This document shows positions 1 through 13,152 of a DNA stretch of 64,000 bases, piece by piece (within the stretch, counting starts at the first letter, position 1; every line of letters starts with the position of its first letter). The translations under genes and the position numbers were made by a program. Source of the stretch: Gordius albopunctatus. Taxonomy: Eukaryota. Where the stretch lies: contig OZ193909.1 in NCBI GenBank assembly GCA_964276515.1, forward strand, positions 2,294,001 to 2,358,000. Reading direction: 5' to 3'. The notes under the pieces were generated by a model. The model worked only from the letters and a program-made list of their open reading frames with translations, searched no databases and was not told where the DNA came from.

Positions 1-246
1 GGCAACAGATCGCCAAAAGCTAAATACTCACCCAGCTTTATTTTACGCCAAAAAATCGGCATTCTGATAGCTAAATATAATTAAAAATCTTTTTCTGATA
101 CATGGCCCGTGTTGGCTATTGACGATTGTGATGAATAATTTTTTTTATTTATAATATTATTTTAAGCCCGTTTATTGTATATTTCATGTACCAATTTTAG
201 CGAATAAAAGCATTTTAATAATTTATTTCCCGTTAAAACACCAAAC

Positions 247-1661
247 CAGAGGTCAGATTTGGAAATTTATGCCCGAACCCGACCCGATTCAATTTCTTAA
301 CCTCATTGCACGCCCGAACCTTCTAGGTGTTGGCCTGAGCACGCCCGAAACATTAGAGCAGCCCGAAATATTAAATTTGCCTGTTAGGCCCGAAATTTTG
401 CGATCTCAAATTTTTACAACCACTATTAAAAAATAAGCATTTAATTAATGGCATATCGAATAAAACAAATATAGCAATATTTTATCATCCCGGACAAAAT
501 CTAATTTCCTATATTATTTAAAAGTCGAATGATTTTTCCATATAAAACTTTTGATCATTAATTTTTATCCTAATAGGTCAAAAAAGCTTAGTATTTGGTA
601 CTTCTAAAATATTTAACCAAAGTTTCTTTAAAATATTGTTATCACTGGCAAAACCGCTATAGATCACAATTTTAATATATTAATTTCTAAAGCACTCAGG
701 TACAAATATGTAGAGTTGTTAAATTGCTAACTTTCTTCAAACTCCAGACGCGAGCACGCACACTGAGTTGCTTAATATGTGCGTTAGCACAATATGTGCT
801 CGCTGTTCGGTGCACTAGGCAGAGCAGTAGCATATAAAAATGCTCGAGGGCCGAGCAGAAACTCGAGCAGATGGTAACTGGAGTTTAAAAAAGTTAGCAA
901 TTTAACAACTCTACAAATATGTTAGAGCGTTTACAAATCATATAAAAGCAAAATATTAATTAAATGCAGCCGATGTCCATGAAAATATTTATGCAGCAAT
1001 TTTTAATTAAGTTTAAAGTACACATATTTTGTAAATAATCTTACAATAAACAAAATTATACTCCCCTTTTGAGTGTTTAAGCCCCTACCCTATAAAAAGT
1101 TCTTAATGAATAAACTTAGTTCTATTAGTCAAACTGTGCTCTTAGAACTTACTTTTTTTATAAAAAAAACAATAATTTATCAATAGAATTTAAATGTAAT
1201 TTATTAAAACATTTTTTAATTTAAATGTAATTTATGGAAAAAAAGGTATAGAAATTTATTATTGTAAAAATAAGTAATAGCTTAGCGATAGCAAAACGGA
1301 GTAATAAAGGTGAATTGAGGAAGCTTTGTTCCAAATAGGATTTGTTTAAAAAAATTAAATGATATTAATATGAAATTTAACACTTGCATGCATTGTGTCA
1401 ATTTGAAAGAGATACATAAATAAAAATAATTCAATCCTTTCCATAAACGTAGCTAGAGAGAAGGACTTGATGGAAATAGACTGGTTCGGGCAAAAATTAT
1501 AGAAATAACTTGGGGACGGATGGCTCAAGTTTCTTAACTCTTTTAGCATTTTCATATACAATCAAATAAAAAAGTAACCAAATAATACATAATCAAAAAT
1601 TAAGAACATTTGTCCGACCCGCAGGTTCGGGCAGCGGGCCGACCGGGCAATCTGGTCTCTG
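247..1661. mobile_element. Non-autonomous hAT-type DNA element (CAGAGGTCAGA...TCTGGTCTCTG family)
   Basis: Imperfect terminal inverted repeats, clustered CCCG/CGGG subterminal motifs, flanking 8-bp near-duplication CACCAAAC/CACCAGAC. Related ends at 28866-29278, 48465-48733, about 12040-12160 and about 62180-62290. Confidence 0.7.
711..913. mobile_element. hAT-type MITE nested in the previous element
   Basis: ~37-bp TIR TAGAGTTGTTAAATTGCTAACTTT..., perfect 8-bp TSD CAAATATG on both sides, internal GAGCA motifs. Second copy at about 15622-15802. Confidence 0.85.
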
Positions 1662-3220
1662 CACCAGACTGCCCCAGGAAATATATAACTAAGCGATTTT
1701 TATACTGTTCCTCATTCTACATAATATTAATACTTTTAATCATTAATCATATTTATCTAAATTTTCTCCTAGAACCCATCAAGCCTTTTATAACTATTAT
1801 GTCCGAGATTATTACCAGTTTTTCATATATGTGTTTTATTCCCAGTAAATGACAAAATCGGTTTATTCCCAGGAAAATTAATTAAAAAAGATGATGAATG
1901 TTCGACGATGTGAGCTCTTTGTCCCGGATAATAATCTCTTATTCTGGGGGTCTTGCGCCAGCTGTTATTCTCTGCCCAGCTGTTATTCTCTCTTGCGTAC
2001 TTTACGTTACTCTTCTTTCTTAGATTTCCTTTGTCTATCGCTTACTATCGTCCAGCACCTGGTAATTACCCCGCGCCTCTGGTTGCTCGTCTTCAAAGAA
2101 TCCATATATGACAATAACTAAATTGCCTGCCAAGGCCAGTCAAAACCCGTTAATTGCCCAATTCACTAATGCTGTCCGAACAGCCGGGCCCAAAATGACG
2201 ATTTTAAATTTCAATAACTAATTTTGTCCTATTTTAAAACATTTTTGATCTAAGCCTGTAATTTTTATAAATAAAAAGGCGACAAAAAATCGCAAACTAT
2301 TTAAAAAATCTCATTATGGTGCCCGCCCAGGCCTACTTAAAAATCTCAATTTAGAACGTTAACCTGCTCGACCCCTTAGCCGAGTGGGCCCAATAGCAAA
2401 CTCGACTTTTTGGTTTTTTAATTTTTCGTTTTAATTACAAATAAAATGGAAATAATTTTTTTTCCCAACTTCCCCCCCCTTCGAGAAAATCCTGGCCACG
2501 CGCCTGGACAGTTTTATTTATAAACAATCAGGTAATCACTTTTCTGGGGTTGCTAAATTTAATAAGTTAGATGACAAGTAATAATTGACTTTTTGGAATG
2601 AATATGACTTGAAGTTGAGTAATTTAAAGGGGATTGAGATTTAATTAAAAGCGATAAAAGTTTGAAGATCCCCTCCTATTAATTTAGCGGCACACACTCA
2701 AAAATTTATTCACACGCCATGCGATTCCTGATTTTTTTAATCTGGATAGTCCTTGTATTTACCTTATTAATTAAACATAAATAGTACATATTTGTTTTGA
2801 ACATGAAACAGGCTCCTTCTAATTTTTCTTATTACCATGTATTTTACGCTTCAAAAAATTAAAATGAACTATGGAATTATAATTTTTAATATTTTCTCAT
2901 TATTGCAAAGTTTATAGCTAGGGACGGGCTATCGAATATTACGCCTTTATTTACTATATTAGCGTGTGTGGAAAACTAGAATTATTCAAATTTTTGTTAA
3001 GACTTGAAAATAAATTAATGTAAGCGAAGTTACATGAGTGTTAAAACCAACATAAAATATATTTACCCCTATAATCATTGACGCCGAAATTAAATAATTT
3101 ATATACTACTATTTGACTTGATATTTTTATGGTTATTTTAATATTTATGTGAATAACTTACCTCAACTCCGACAAGTTTTTGTTAAAAATGCAAATAAAT
3201 TAATAGTTAGCCTCTCCCTC

Positions 3221-4060
3221 TGTCATCTATATGACATACATGAGCGAAACAATCCGTATTAGGGATCCGCACCGAATACGAGGAAGCAGCGGGCCCTAGA
3301 TCGATAATTGGCTCCGAAAAGCGGACTAGGGGGACTGAGGGAGGTTACCGAAGATTGGGTTAGTAGGGAAATAGAGCAAGGAGGATACAGCAAAACAAGG
3401 TTATAAATCACGACTTGGCCCGAAAGAAATAGCAGAGAAAATGAAGGATACAACAAAACCGGGCTATAAATAACGAATTGGCCCAAGAAACGTAGCGGAG
3501 AATTAGAACTGTCAGCAGAAGATTCCAAGATTCTTGGGACTGAAGGGTCGTCATTCATCAAAAGTTGGCGCGGGAAAATGGGTCATAAAAGTAAAGAAGT
3601 TTCGAGGATAAAAATACAAATCAAACCTATATAAACCCCATGAAAATCGATATACAGCAGAACGTTGGGTTTTGAACGCTTCTCCCGAGAATCTTAATTT
3701 TCCCCGATACCTGGAGTCGCTACTCTATTAAGTGTATATATTATATACATATCTATCGTTATTATTTGGGGTGATTCGGAACCAATAAACTAGTATTTGG
3801 ATTATAACAGATTTAGTGAATAAGGTTACAAATAAAACAATCCCCCCAGTCTATAAATAAGAATTATCCCCACAGCCACTACGAGAAATTAGACAACACA
3901 GAAGCGAATCTAAAGGATTTCTCATTTCCCGCGATAAAAACTTCCCTTTTGTCCAGAGGAGATAATAGTTCGCGACCCCGTCTCCGGCCCAAAGATATAA
4001 TAGTAATAAAGTACTCCGCATTTTCCGAGATAATTTTCCCCCTTTGGTTAGCCTCCATAG
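3221..4060 (+). mobile_element. LTR-like or retroelement-derived segment
   Basis: GC-richer than its flanks, internal ~60-bp imperfect direct repeat (3368-3500), TATATAAA near 3628 and AATAAA near 3784 followed by ...ACA. No coding motif and no second copy in the window. Confidence 0.35.
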
Positions 4061-4994
4061 ATCAAATTAAAAATATTGGTATGACAAAGATTGTTTTAAT
4101 GAATTAGGTAAATGGCTATCCAGTCACCACAAATAAAGGTTAGCTTTGCTTAACGGCTAATTGTAAAATCCATAATCAAAAAGGATAAAAAAAATTATAG
4201 AAAATCATTACCATCAAATTGATAATTAAAAAAACTTGTAAGCCTGAAAAGATTTAATTGTTTTGGTTTTTTTGATGATAAATAATCGTTAAGATATAAA
4301 AAATGACTTTAAAAAAGAAATAAACATCTAAAAGGTATTGCCAGTGTGGCATGACCCAATGTTTAGCAATTTTTATTATCGTGGCAATGATTTGCCCTTT
4401 ATGATTTGTAAAATTAAAATTACCCTTGGATTTTATGGATCTCGTTTGGCTGTTCAAGGCCATGCATTTATTAATATATTTTGGAATCACGATGATTGTT
4501 ATTTTCGCGATTTGTGAGTTTATTGTTATTTTCGCTGTTTATTATTATTTTTTGTTCGCCATCTTGATTTACGCCTATCTTATCACCTCACCCATGATCT
4601 CCTTGTGATGTAAATAACTGTTGATATATCATTATTGTTACTACTTTAAATACGGGATGTTTTAATGAATTTTCAATTGAAATAAATTTTATCTTCGTGT
4701 GCTTTCTAGTCATGGTTACTTATCTAATAGCTAGTAAAACTCAATGGGAAGATGTGCCACCTATCTTCGATTTAATATAATGCCTAAATTTTTATGCATT
4801 TATAACTCTTAGATTAATTTAGGTGCTTCAAATATTGAATATTAATAATTATACCCAGTTGATAGGTTATGGCGATACGCATTTTTTAAGTAAAATCTTC
4901 GCCAAATAATGCTTGTTTTATAGCATCGTACACAAGTATTTTGATTAGCAATTTTAGAATAAAGTAATTGAATTTATAAAACCTGTAGTTATCC

Positions 4995-7900
4995 TTAATA
5001 AAATTTATTTGTAAATATTGATTTGTAATTAGCTAATGTCATTTCCATTATTTTAGAATCAGTTGCCATGGAATTAACTAAAGCAGCAGAGGCCAAATAA
5101 GATTTATCGGTTCGTTCATTCAAAACAGGTCCATAACGACATTTCAATTTTTCGTCTGCGCTCGAATCGCAACTTTTCGAACCGTCAAATCCGAAATACG
5201 TGCTTTTAATTTGATTTAGAAAATTTTGGTATTCGCCGAAATCGGAAAAACATTGTAAATCTTCAGTTCCAGTCAATTTTGACGCAAAACATTCTTCGGA
5301 AATTTCAAAATTCTCTTCAATATCTAACAAATTGCAAGCCATATTCAAAAAATCCAAATTCTCTTCGTGCTTTATAGATTCCTTACAGATAAAAAAATAT
5401 ATACATTTTTATGGATTCTCATTGACAAATCATTTAAAAACCTATTTTATCCTATTAAAACTAATCATAAAAACAATTTTTTAAAAATTATATTAAAACC
5501 TTAGTGAAACAAGTACATATATTAAAACTTTTCTTTGCAAATATTTTACACATGGATTTATGATAATTACATTTTTAGGTATGTAAAATATTTTTACTTT
5601 TGACGAATTGATCCAATGGCACCCATCAGGATCAACTTGAGACATCATGGAATGAGTTAAGCATCGAACCGTGGCCTCTTTGACTCGCTCTCTTTTATCC
5701 ACTTCCTTACACATGGCAAATAAATATATTTTAGTTTCAAAATGATGAGATAAATATAAATAATCGGTTTGAAAGATTCACAGAAAGCGTATTCAAAGCA
5801 AACCAAAGTTACTTAGAAAAAAACCAAATATTTCTCTAGAGAGATAATGATGTATAGCATTTAAATTAACAACAAAGAATTAAAAGGATCATGATGATGA
5901 AATTCAAGCTAAGAACGCCCAGCTTATAACAATTTTTCAGTCTAATTGCAAATTTTTTTACACGAAACGATTACTTAAAATATAAATATTCTTTATCTCG
6001 ATTAATGTCATAAATGACCTAAATACAAAGTAATTTTGGCAGGAAAAAACTGTCCAAAATTTGCAATACCATAGGAATCCAAGTGTTGATGGAGATTGTG
6101 GCTTCGCTTAATGACACAACATAATGCCACCAATGATGAGGAAGGTGCATAGCCTGACCTGGCCTTAAGATTACTGCCTGTGGGTGGCTATTCTACGTTA
6201 TTTTAAAGTATTAAATGCAGAAATTACTGAATATTCTTTACCAATATATTAAAAAATAATAAAGGGTTGACCCTTAAGCATTATTCGTAAATTAGTATAG
6301 ACATGGGGGCATAGCTGAGGGAGGGGAGACTGCCCCCTCTAAATTCAAGAATTTGTTGAAATTTATTAAAATTATGGCTTTAATTACAAAAAATGATAAT
6401 TTTGCTCCTCGATAAAACTTCATTGCCCCCCTCTAATTCTAATGCTGGCTAGGCCCATAAGTGTAGGAAAAAATAATATCTTGGGCCAAACATCATTATT
6501 TCAAAAAATTGAAATATTTATCACACTTTTCAAAAATTGTAAAATAACACTATATTAAAATAAAATGGTTCACTTTCGAATTCTTCTATTTTTTGATGGG
6601 AAAAAATATGTTGAATATTTTTTACAAAGTGATCAATTTATTTGGTTAAAATACAATGTTAAAAATTCAAGAAATTATCAATTTGCCCCTCACCAAATCA
6701 TTATTGCCTAATACAAATTTTGGCTACTAAAACAAAATTCTCTAATTCTAAACTTTTCACTGTATACTTTTTGTAATAAAAATTTTGACATAAAAAGACC
6801 CAACTTTGCTTAGAATATGATTCAGTTTTATCTTTCTTAACCAGGCGCGTTCAAAAAAATTTTCGACACTTTTATTTATAATGCAACAAAAGTCAACTTC
6901 GCGAATATATGCGAAACTCCAAGGCGCTATATAACCAGCTTTGGAAAAATCTCTTCTCTTCAGCAATCAGAGCATTTACTATCATCGCTTTTATACCTTA
7001 AAAAAGGACATGGAGCTTATGCAAGTTATTCAACTGGCAGAAAATATTATCACTTTTAGGTAAAATTGAATAATGGCGGAAACCGAAGCAAAATTATATG
7101 AGTTTGATCTGAAAAAAATTCTCAAGTTGCTAATAAGCAAAATTATACAGTCACTCCTCAATCTGTTTAGTCCACATTTTTAGACAAAAAAACAAGTTTT
7201 TCATAATTTACAATCAATGGTGGAAAATTATAATAGTGGGGTGCAAGCTTTTAGTCAAAAATTAAATTCTAAAATTGAATGTATATATTATGTTTCCACG
7301 CTTATATAAGTGTCACAAAATCTTTTATGCAAGTAAACTATAATATTTTAACCCATTTAATCTAATTATTAATCAAACAAATTTTCACGCCTGCTCTTAA
7401 CTAATAGTAAATCCCTGAACTAAATTTTGGCCTAAAAATGTCCACAACTAAATAATGGTAAAAATCCAGTAGCAATTCTGCATTTCAAATTATGATGATA
7501 AAGAGGGGTGGGGGGCAGGCAGGGTTAACTGCCCCCTGCTTTCAAAAACACACATATAATGAAAGTATCATTTTAAAAAATTAGCAATTTGCATCTCACT
7601 TTAAAATTAGGAAATTCCTGTAAATTAGGAGTGAGGGGATTGACTTGTGAGAATACAGAAGATTCTTCATATGGGATTCTAGTGGGATATAGGCATGGTG
7701 AATCTTCAGGTGGAAATACAATCCACAATTTTCTAAATTAATGGTATAAAACAATTTTATAACAAATGTAAGTATAAATTTGAAATAATCATGATGATTA
7801 TTATTATAGTTTTTATGAATAACAAAAATAAATATATAAATAAGAAATCAAAAAAGGAAATAAATTATTTAAAAAATTTTATATTATATTTAAATGAATT

Positions 7901-8720
7901 TTTGTTAATTTAAACAAATTACACTGTCCATAAATTTGAGCAATCACATTAAAACCATAGGTATCATAGTGACATGGTGTATACGAAGCTTGGCTTCCAA
8001 GCCAAAATGTTGTGTCCCTTGCTTGATCTTCACTCAGACCAAAATCTTTCCATGAAAATGACTACAAAATATAAAATAATTATTTAAAAATTGTTTGGTT
8101 CTCATTCTGTTAAAAATTATAAAAATATTACCATAAGTTACTTAAATAACATATATAAAAAAATAAAATTTTAATGTAGTGGCAGTTCAAAAATACGAAT
8201 TAAAATATTTAGGCACAAAAAATTAAATGTATTAAAAATATTGATAGAACAAATTTAAAAATATGAAAAAAACGAAAATTAAATATATTTAATTACAAAA
8301 CATAAGCATCATCTCGTTCTATAAAATCTGTAGGGATGGAATGATAATTACAAAGAATTGAATCTACATAATATAATAATTATTAGCTATCAAAATAAAC
8401 TTTGTCCATTGCATCCTTAAAAGTGTGGGAAACGTCTTGATAACCATAATAAAAAAATGGAATGCTATTTTGGCTCTTTGAATGACTGATCTCCTTAAGA
8501 AATGTAGATATGTAATTTCCTTCTATCGATAAACGTTGACATTGGTTTTCCCATAATATTTCTATAATCATGCAACAAATATTGGTACAAGTTTACCAGA
8601 TTGTGTGTTCAATATTCCTAATCTCAATTCAATGTTTTCCAACAGTGTTCCTATATAACTTGGATCCCATTTCAAAGCCTCCCAAGTTGACAATTTATTA
8701 CTGATTACTTTGGGTTTCAT
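4995..8720 (-). CDS. HSPBAP1: HSPB1-associated protein 1-like JmjC-domain protein, 7 exons, about 390 aa
   Basis: Exons 8720-8597, 8561-8401, 8061-7925, 7732-7600, 6192-6070, 5705-5598 and 5381-4995 join in frame via GT-AG introns. Motifs WKDFG, TFWLGSQASYTPCHYDTYGFN (HxD), FPPEDSPCLYPTRIPYEESSVFS, LRPGQAMHLPHHWWHYV, TISINTWI and RVKEATVR match the HSPBAP1 family as I recall it. Confidence 0.92.
6302..6459. mobile_element. hAT MITE, CATGGGCGTAGCC family (HSPBAP1 intron 4)
   Basis: Family termini and internal CCCCCTCTAAAT block; imperfect 8-bp TSD AGTATAGA/AGTGTAGG. Confidence 0.7.
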
Positions 8721-8801
8721 TACCACGTAAATTTAATAAGAAAAAACGTTTTATAAATAGAATAATGAATTATAAATCTAAATAGCAACACTAGCTTATA
8801 A

Positions 8802-8874
8802 GCCCTGGTAGCTCAGTCGGTAGAGCGTTAGGCTTTTAACCTAACGGTCTTGGGTTCGAGCCCCAACCAGGGCG
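8802..8874 (+). tRNA. tRNA-Lys (anticodon UUU)
   Basis: 73 nt; GCCCTGG/CCAGGGC acceptor stem, D arm GCTCAGTCGGTAGAGC, anticodon arm TTAGG-CTTTTAA-CCTAA, GGTTCGAGCC T loop, downstream T7 Pol III terminator. Confidence 0.96.
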
Positions 8875-8882
8875 ATTTTTTT

Positions 8883-9120
8883 GATTGTAGAGTTCTTAAT
8901 CATTCTTTTAAATCGATAGAAGTTTAATTCCAATAAATTAATGAGCAAACATCAAGCCATGGATTGAGATTGTATTGGATTTTACAATTTCCATGGTGAT
9001 TTTCCGCTTGATATAAAAGAATTCTTTGGGATCGTGTGTAAAGGAGGTTATATATTTTGATATTTGTTTGAGGAATTGGCTGCCCTCGGGACCTAAATTA
9101 CCGATGGTCGTTGCCACCAC
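8883..9120 (-). mobile_element. 3' fragment of a CRE-like (RLE-endonuclease) non-LTR retrotransposon
   Basis: ORF VATTIGNLGPEGSQFLKQI...DPKEFFYIKRKITMEIVKSNTISIHG resembles the C-terminus of CRE-clade RLE proteins; homologous to 28432-28560 and 31176-31540. Confidence 0.7.
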
Positions 9121-9230
9121 TTTAGTTTGATTTAAAATACAATCTTGGGCTTGTTTGGAGTTATTATTTCTAACCGGGAAGGGATAATTTTTTTTATCTA
9201 AAATACCATTTGTTGGATATTTTTATACAT

Positions 9231-9790
9231 CCCTACGACGGTCCCAAGTCCGTGTGCAAAAGTGGAGGGTTGGCGTCAGGTCGGAAACTGGCTATAACAA
9301 CCAACTCCAAAATCATGATAGTTTTGAACAAGTTTCTAAAAGAGAAAGCTAGGGCGTCGTCCACAAACGACGAGCACTGCATACCCCGCCCGTGCAATGT
9401 AAAAGTACACTAGGGTTACTGCCCAACTCTCAACAAAGGTGGTTAAGGAAATTAGTTGTAATGCGAATAACCTATTGGAATGTAGGAACGTTGACGGGGA
9501 AGAGCATCGAGGTCGCACAAATGCTAAACAGAAGAAAGGTAAACATCGCCTGCTTACAAGAGAAGAGGTGGAACGGAAACAAAGCCTGGGAGTTTGGAGA
9601 AGGCTAAAAATTATTCTAAAGTGGGTCACCAAATCGTAGAAACGGGGTCGGTATCGTTCTAAGCGAATAGTTCAAGCACAAGTGATGGTAGTCAAGCGTT
9701 GTTCCGACAGGTTAATATCGATGAAGATGCAGATCAAGGGGGCCTCATAACATTTATGTGTGCGCTGCCCAAATTTGGTCTTTGGAATTA
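9231..9790 (+). mobile_element. 5' fragment of an RTE-clade LINE (APE endonuclease, degenerate)
   Basis: MRITYWNVGTLTGKSIEVAQMLNRRKVNIACLQEKRW...RNGVGIVL...VKRCSDRLISMK with internal stops; typical RTE endonuclease N-terminus. Confidence 0.85.
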
Positions 9791-10625
9791 TAAAAAGGCA
9801 TATTCTTCGATTCATTGGAAAAGGAAGGAATCGGACAGGAGGAAAGGCTAATTATTATTCTTCGATGTAATAATAGTTAATAATAACACAATAATAAGTA
9901 ATAAAAAAATCTTTATCCATATAAAAATCAAAACTATTAAATGTATTGTGTAAATATAAACTAATCCTTAATAAATTTTTTATAATGTGGTATACGTGTA
10001 TTCCCCTAGACTAGATAGACTGCTCATGCCATATGTCCCATATGGTTAATTGTGTGTCAAATTTTCGACATTTTGAAGATTAAAACTGGTGTATTTTTTA
10101 ATAATAATTATCATTTAATTAATAAAAAAAATTTGGCTCCAAATATCCTAAAGAATTAATTTTATTTTGTAAAACTACGTACTCTATCTTTAATAACTTT
10201 AAAAATAAAAATTTATTAAATAAAAAAAACATAAAATTTATAATATTAAATAAAATATTTTCTCATATAATCGGTTATATTTTTAATACATTACACAATC
10301 CCCTTATTAATCAAGATTTTATACATTAAATTTTTTTAAATTAATTTAATAGTTTTAAAAAATCAAAAATTAAGAATTAATATAAGAAACAAATTCAATA
10401 AAACTGTTTTGGACCTCAAAAGAAATATTTGATCAAACCTTTTTTTAATTTTATTTGAATATTTTAACAAAAAAATATTTTTACTTACAATCCCTTTTTT
10501 GAAGAGGAAGAATGAGAACTTGATACCAAATAAGGAGGCCTGCGAAGGGGGGGGGGCGCAATGTAAGTAAAACTTTACAAATTATACGACTACTGATTTA
10601 TACGAATAACACCGATTGAAACTTT

Positions 10626-11051
10626 ACGCGTTCGTGATGACGCGCGAAAGCGAAAAAAGCAAAGTGAATTTTTGGGATAATTTATCAAACTTTTCATTAT
10701 ATTCAACGTGAAATTTATCATATATCAATGGTATTTATTGATAAGATCGTAATTATTCTATAAACATAGACAATTATATAAAAAATACATACATATCAAA
10801 TTCAATTTTTTAACCATTGCGCGAAAAGTACAAAATGATTTGTATCTTATTTTCGTTCGCTTTTTGCCGCAGGCGAAAATAATCGTCTGCGGTTTCACTA
10901 TGAACACCTCATATTTAAAATTGTTATTTTCGTGATATATGATAAAATTCACGATGAATATAAGATATTAAGAAAAATAATAAAAAGTTTGATAAATTAG
11001 CACAAAAATTCACTTCGCTTTTTTTCGCTTCGCTCGTCATCACGAACGCGT
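10626..11051. mobile_element. Foldback MITE with ~100-bp imperfect TIRs
   Basis: ACGCGTTCGTGATGAC...AATTTATCATATATCA at the left is the reverse complement of 10931-11051; the right end is followed by GGTTAA. Confidence 0.7.
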
Positions 11052-11329
11052 GGTTAAGCGATAACTATTTACAAATCATACGATTAATAATTTATAAGAA
11101 TAACTATTTACAACAATAAAATGGGGTTTTGCAATATAAAGGATTTGCGAAGGGGAAAAGTATGATATAGGGAAAATTATAATAATTTGGGAAAAGCACA
11201 AAGATTGTGGAAAATTACATATGATTAATAATTGATGAGGAATTTTGTATTTATAGCCGTTGAATCTCCCCTGAGTGGTGGGCTTGATTGAACGATCGTT
11301 GTATACTGGAAATCTTCCGACGGGGCTGC

Positions 11330-11620
11330 GGAAACTTAGCCACTTCCGCGTACAAGTTAACCCGCGGTAAAAGTGCCTTTCTATTCATCCCAGACGATAA
11401 GTTTGCATTTCTGTAATGCTTTGCCAATTCCAGATGAATGTTTCAAATTGGAGTTTTATTGAAATGTACGTTTAAACGCAATTTTAATGTTTAATGAGCA
11501 GTTTTTCCATCGGGTAACAATGTGACAGCTATTCCAGAAGACAAGATTTAACTGAACGCGATAAAAATGTAATAAAATAATTTACTACAAGAGAGTAAAA
11601 TGGTTTCTTCCATAGTATTA
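11330..11620 (-). mobile_element. Helitron Pif1-helicase remnant
   Basis: Minus-strand translation SSGIAVTLLPDGKTAH*TLKL and, after a frameshift, CKLIVWDE (Pif1 motifs Ia and II) with stops. Confidence 0.75.
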
Positions 11621-11638
11621 GATTAGAGTAGCAGTTTA

Positions 11639-11805
11639 CAGGGGCGTAGCCAGCATTAAAATTAGAGGGGGGCAATAATGAGTTGAGGGGGGGCGAAATG
11701 ATCATATTTTGAAAATTTAGTCATAATTTTAATACATTTTAACAAATTTTTGAGTTGAGAGGGGGGCAGCTGCCCCTTTCTGCCCCCCCCTTGTCTACGC
11801 CCATG
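11639..11805. mobile_element. hAT MITE, CATGGGCGTAGCC family
   Basis: TIR CAGGGGCGTAG...CTACGCCCATG with perfect 8-bp TSD GCAGTTTA. Confidence 0.88.
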
Positions 11806-12174
11806 GCAGTTTAAATCGTTGTGATTTTATTCTTTTATAATATAATCTGAAAATTAAAAATTTTTGATCTTGAAATTTATTCGAAATATAATTTAATTTT
11901 GAAGAAATTGAAATTAGGACATTATATAAATGAAGATTTAAGCGACGAAAAAAAATCTAGTCAAATTTATTATGGCCCAAAATTGTTTATAAGCGAATTT
12001 TTCTTTTTTCAAGGAAAATTAATTTGATAAAATTTTGGGCATGCCCGAATTGCCCGAATCTTATCAGCGTGCCCGCCCGAAAATCAAAATTTAAGGCAGT
12101 GACCCGGCCCGGCCGGCCCTTGGGCCAGGCCGGGCAGCGGGCCGGGAATTTCTGGTCTCTGACAGACAGAGCCA

Positions 12175-12470
12175 AAGACCTTATGCTTAACAATGAAATT
12201 AATCATTGATTTAAGTTTCTGGTCAAAACACATGCTGTGATGTCATGCCTATCGACTTATCGTTGGCCATGAAATAAGAGCTCTTGTACATCGTGCCAAG
12301 CAGGATTGCATATAAATATAATCAATAGGGCTGGACGAGAATAGTTACAAACATGCGTAATTAAATCTTGGGCGTATTCATGAATATGACGCGGACTTCC
12401 GGTGTATGAAGAGGGCAAAATGGCTAGTCTCCCGACGTTAGTTGTATTAGCGTTGTTTAACTGCAACTCG
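12175..12470 (-). mobile_element. Helitron Rep-domain remnant
   Basis: VGRLAILPSSYTGSPRHIHEYAQDLITHVCNYSRPALLIIFICNPAW...DRHDITA matches the conserved Helitron Rep N-terminal block. Confidence 0.88.
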
Positions 12471-13152
12471 CAAAAGAAGAATACTAAGTCTGTTGGAAAA
12501 AAATAATTTAATTTGGTAATAACAGCTTTACATGTTATGGAGATATAAAAATTGATTGTATAAGTCATTATATATTTTTAAGTAGATTTTAATAAATTGA
12601 TGTAAGCAAATTCAATGAACTTTTATAAAAGATGTGTTAGCGAATAAAAACATATATTTAAATAATATAAGATAGAGGATGTATGCACAAATTACTTTTC
12701 GTGTTTCCAAAAAACTGGAAATCTAAGAAAGCTTTTGTACTTGTAATTATTTCAGAAAAATACGAAAAAAAAGAAAGAGACGAGACGTGTTGAATCTCAA
12801 TATAAGATCACGTTGTTTTTATCTAGGAAAATGGTGGTGTTTTTGCAAATTAAGATCATTTATTTGTCACAGGCTTATATTTTGTTAAAAAACGGGCGTA
12901 GTTGACTAAAAAACTTAGACACAAATGATAAATCAATAGTGACCTTTTAATGCAATAAGTAGCAACATAACGATTAAAAAGTATAAAAACTTTGTATCTC
13001 TCGTCCGCTAGATGGCAGTAGACACCACCAAAAAACAAAGCTTTAGTGCAGGTCGATAATACGTATCTATAAACCATTTAGGATGCTAAGACACATATCT
13101 GGCCAAATTTGGTGGCCGAATTATAATTTTAAATAGCAAGTTAAATTTATAA

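Noticed and set aside
4254..4608. ORFs downstream of HSPBAP1 as extra exons or a membrane protein
   Set aside because: HSPBAP1 stops at 4995; these are low-complexity, stop-interrupted frames with no recognisable motif.
6757..7180. Nested gene in HSPBAP1 intron 4
   Set aside because: Short ORFs without convincing motifs or splice structure; probably decayed repeat.
10626..11057. piggyBac assignment for the foldback MITE (and for 27178-27364)
   Set aside because: For the MITE, TTAA is clear on only one side; for 27178-27364 the termini are too degenerate to call TIRs.
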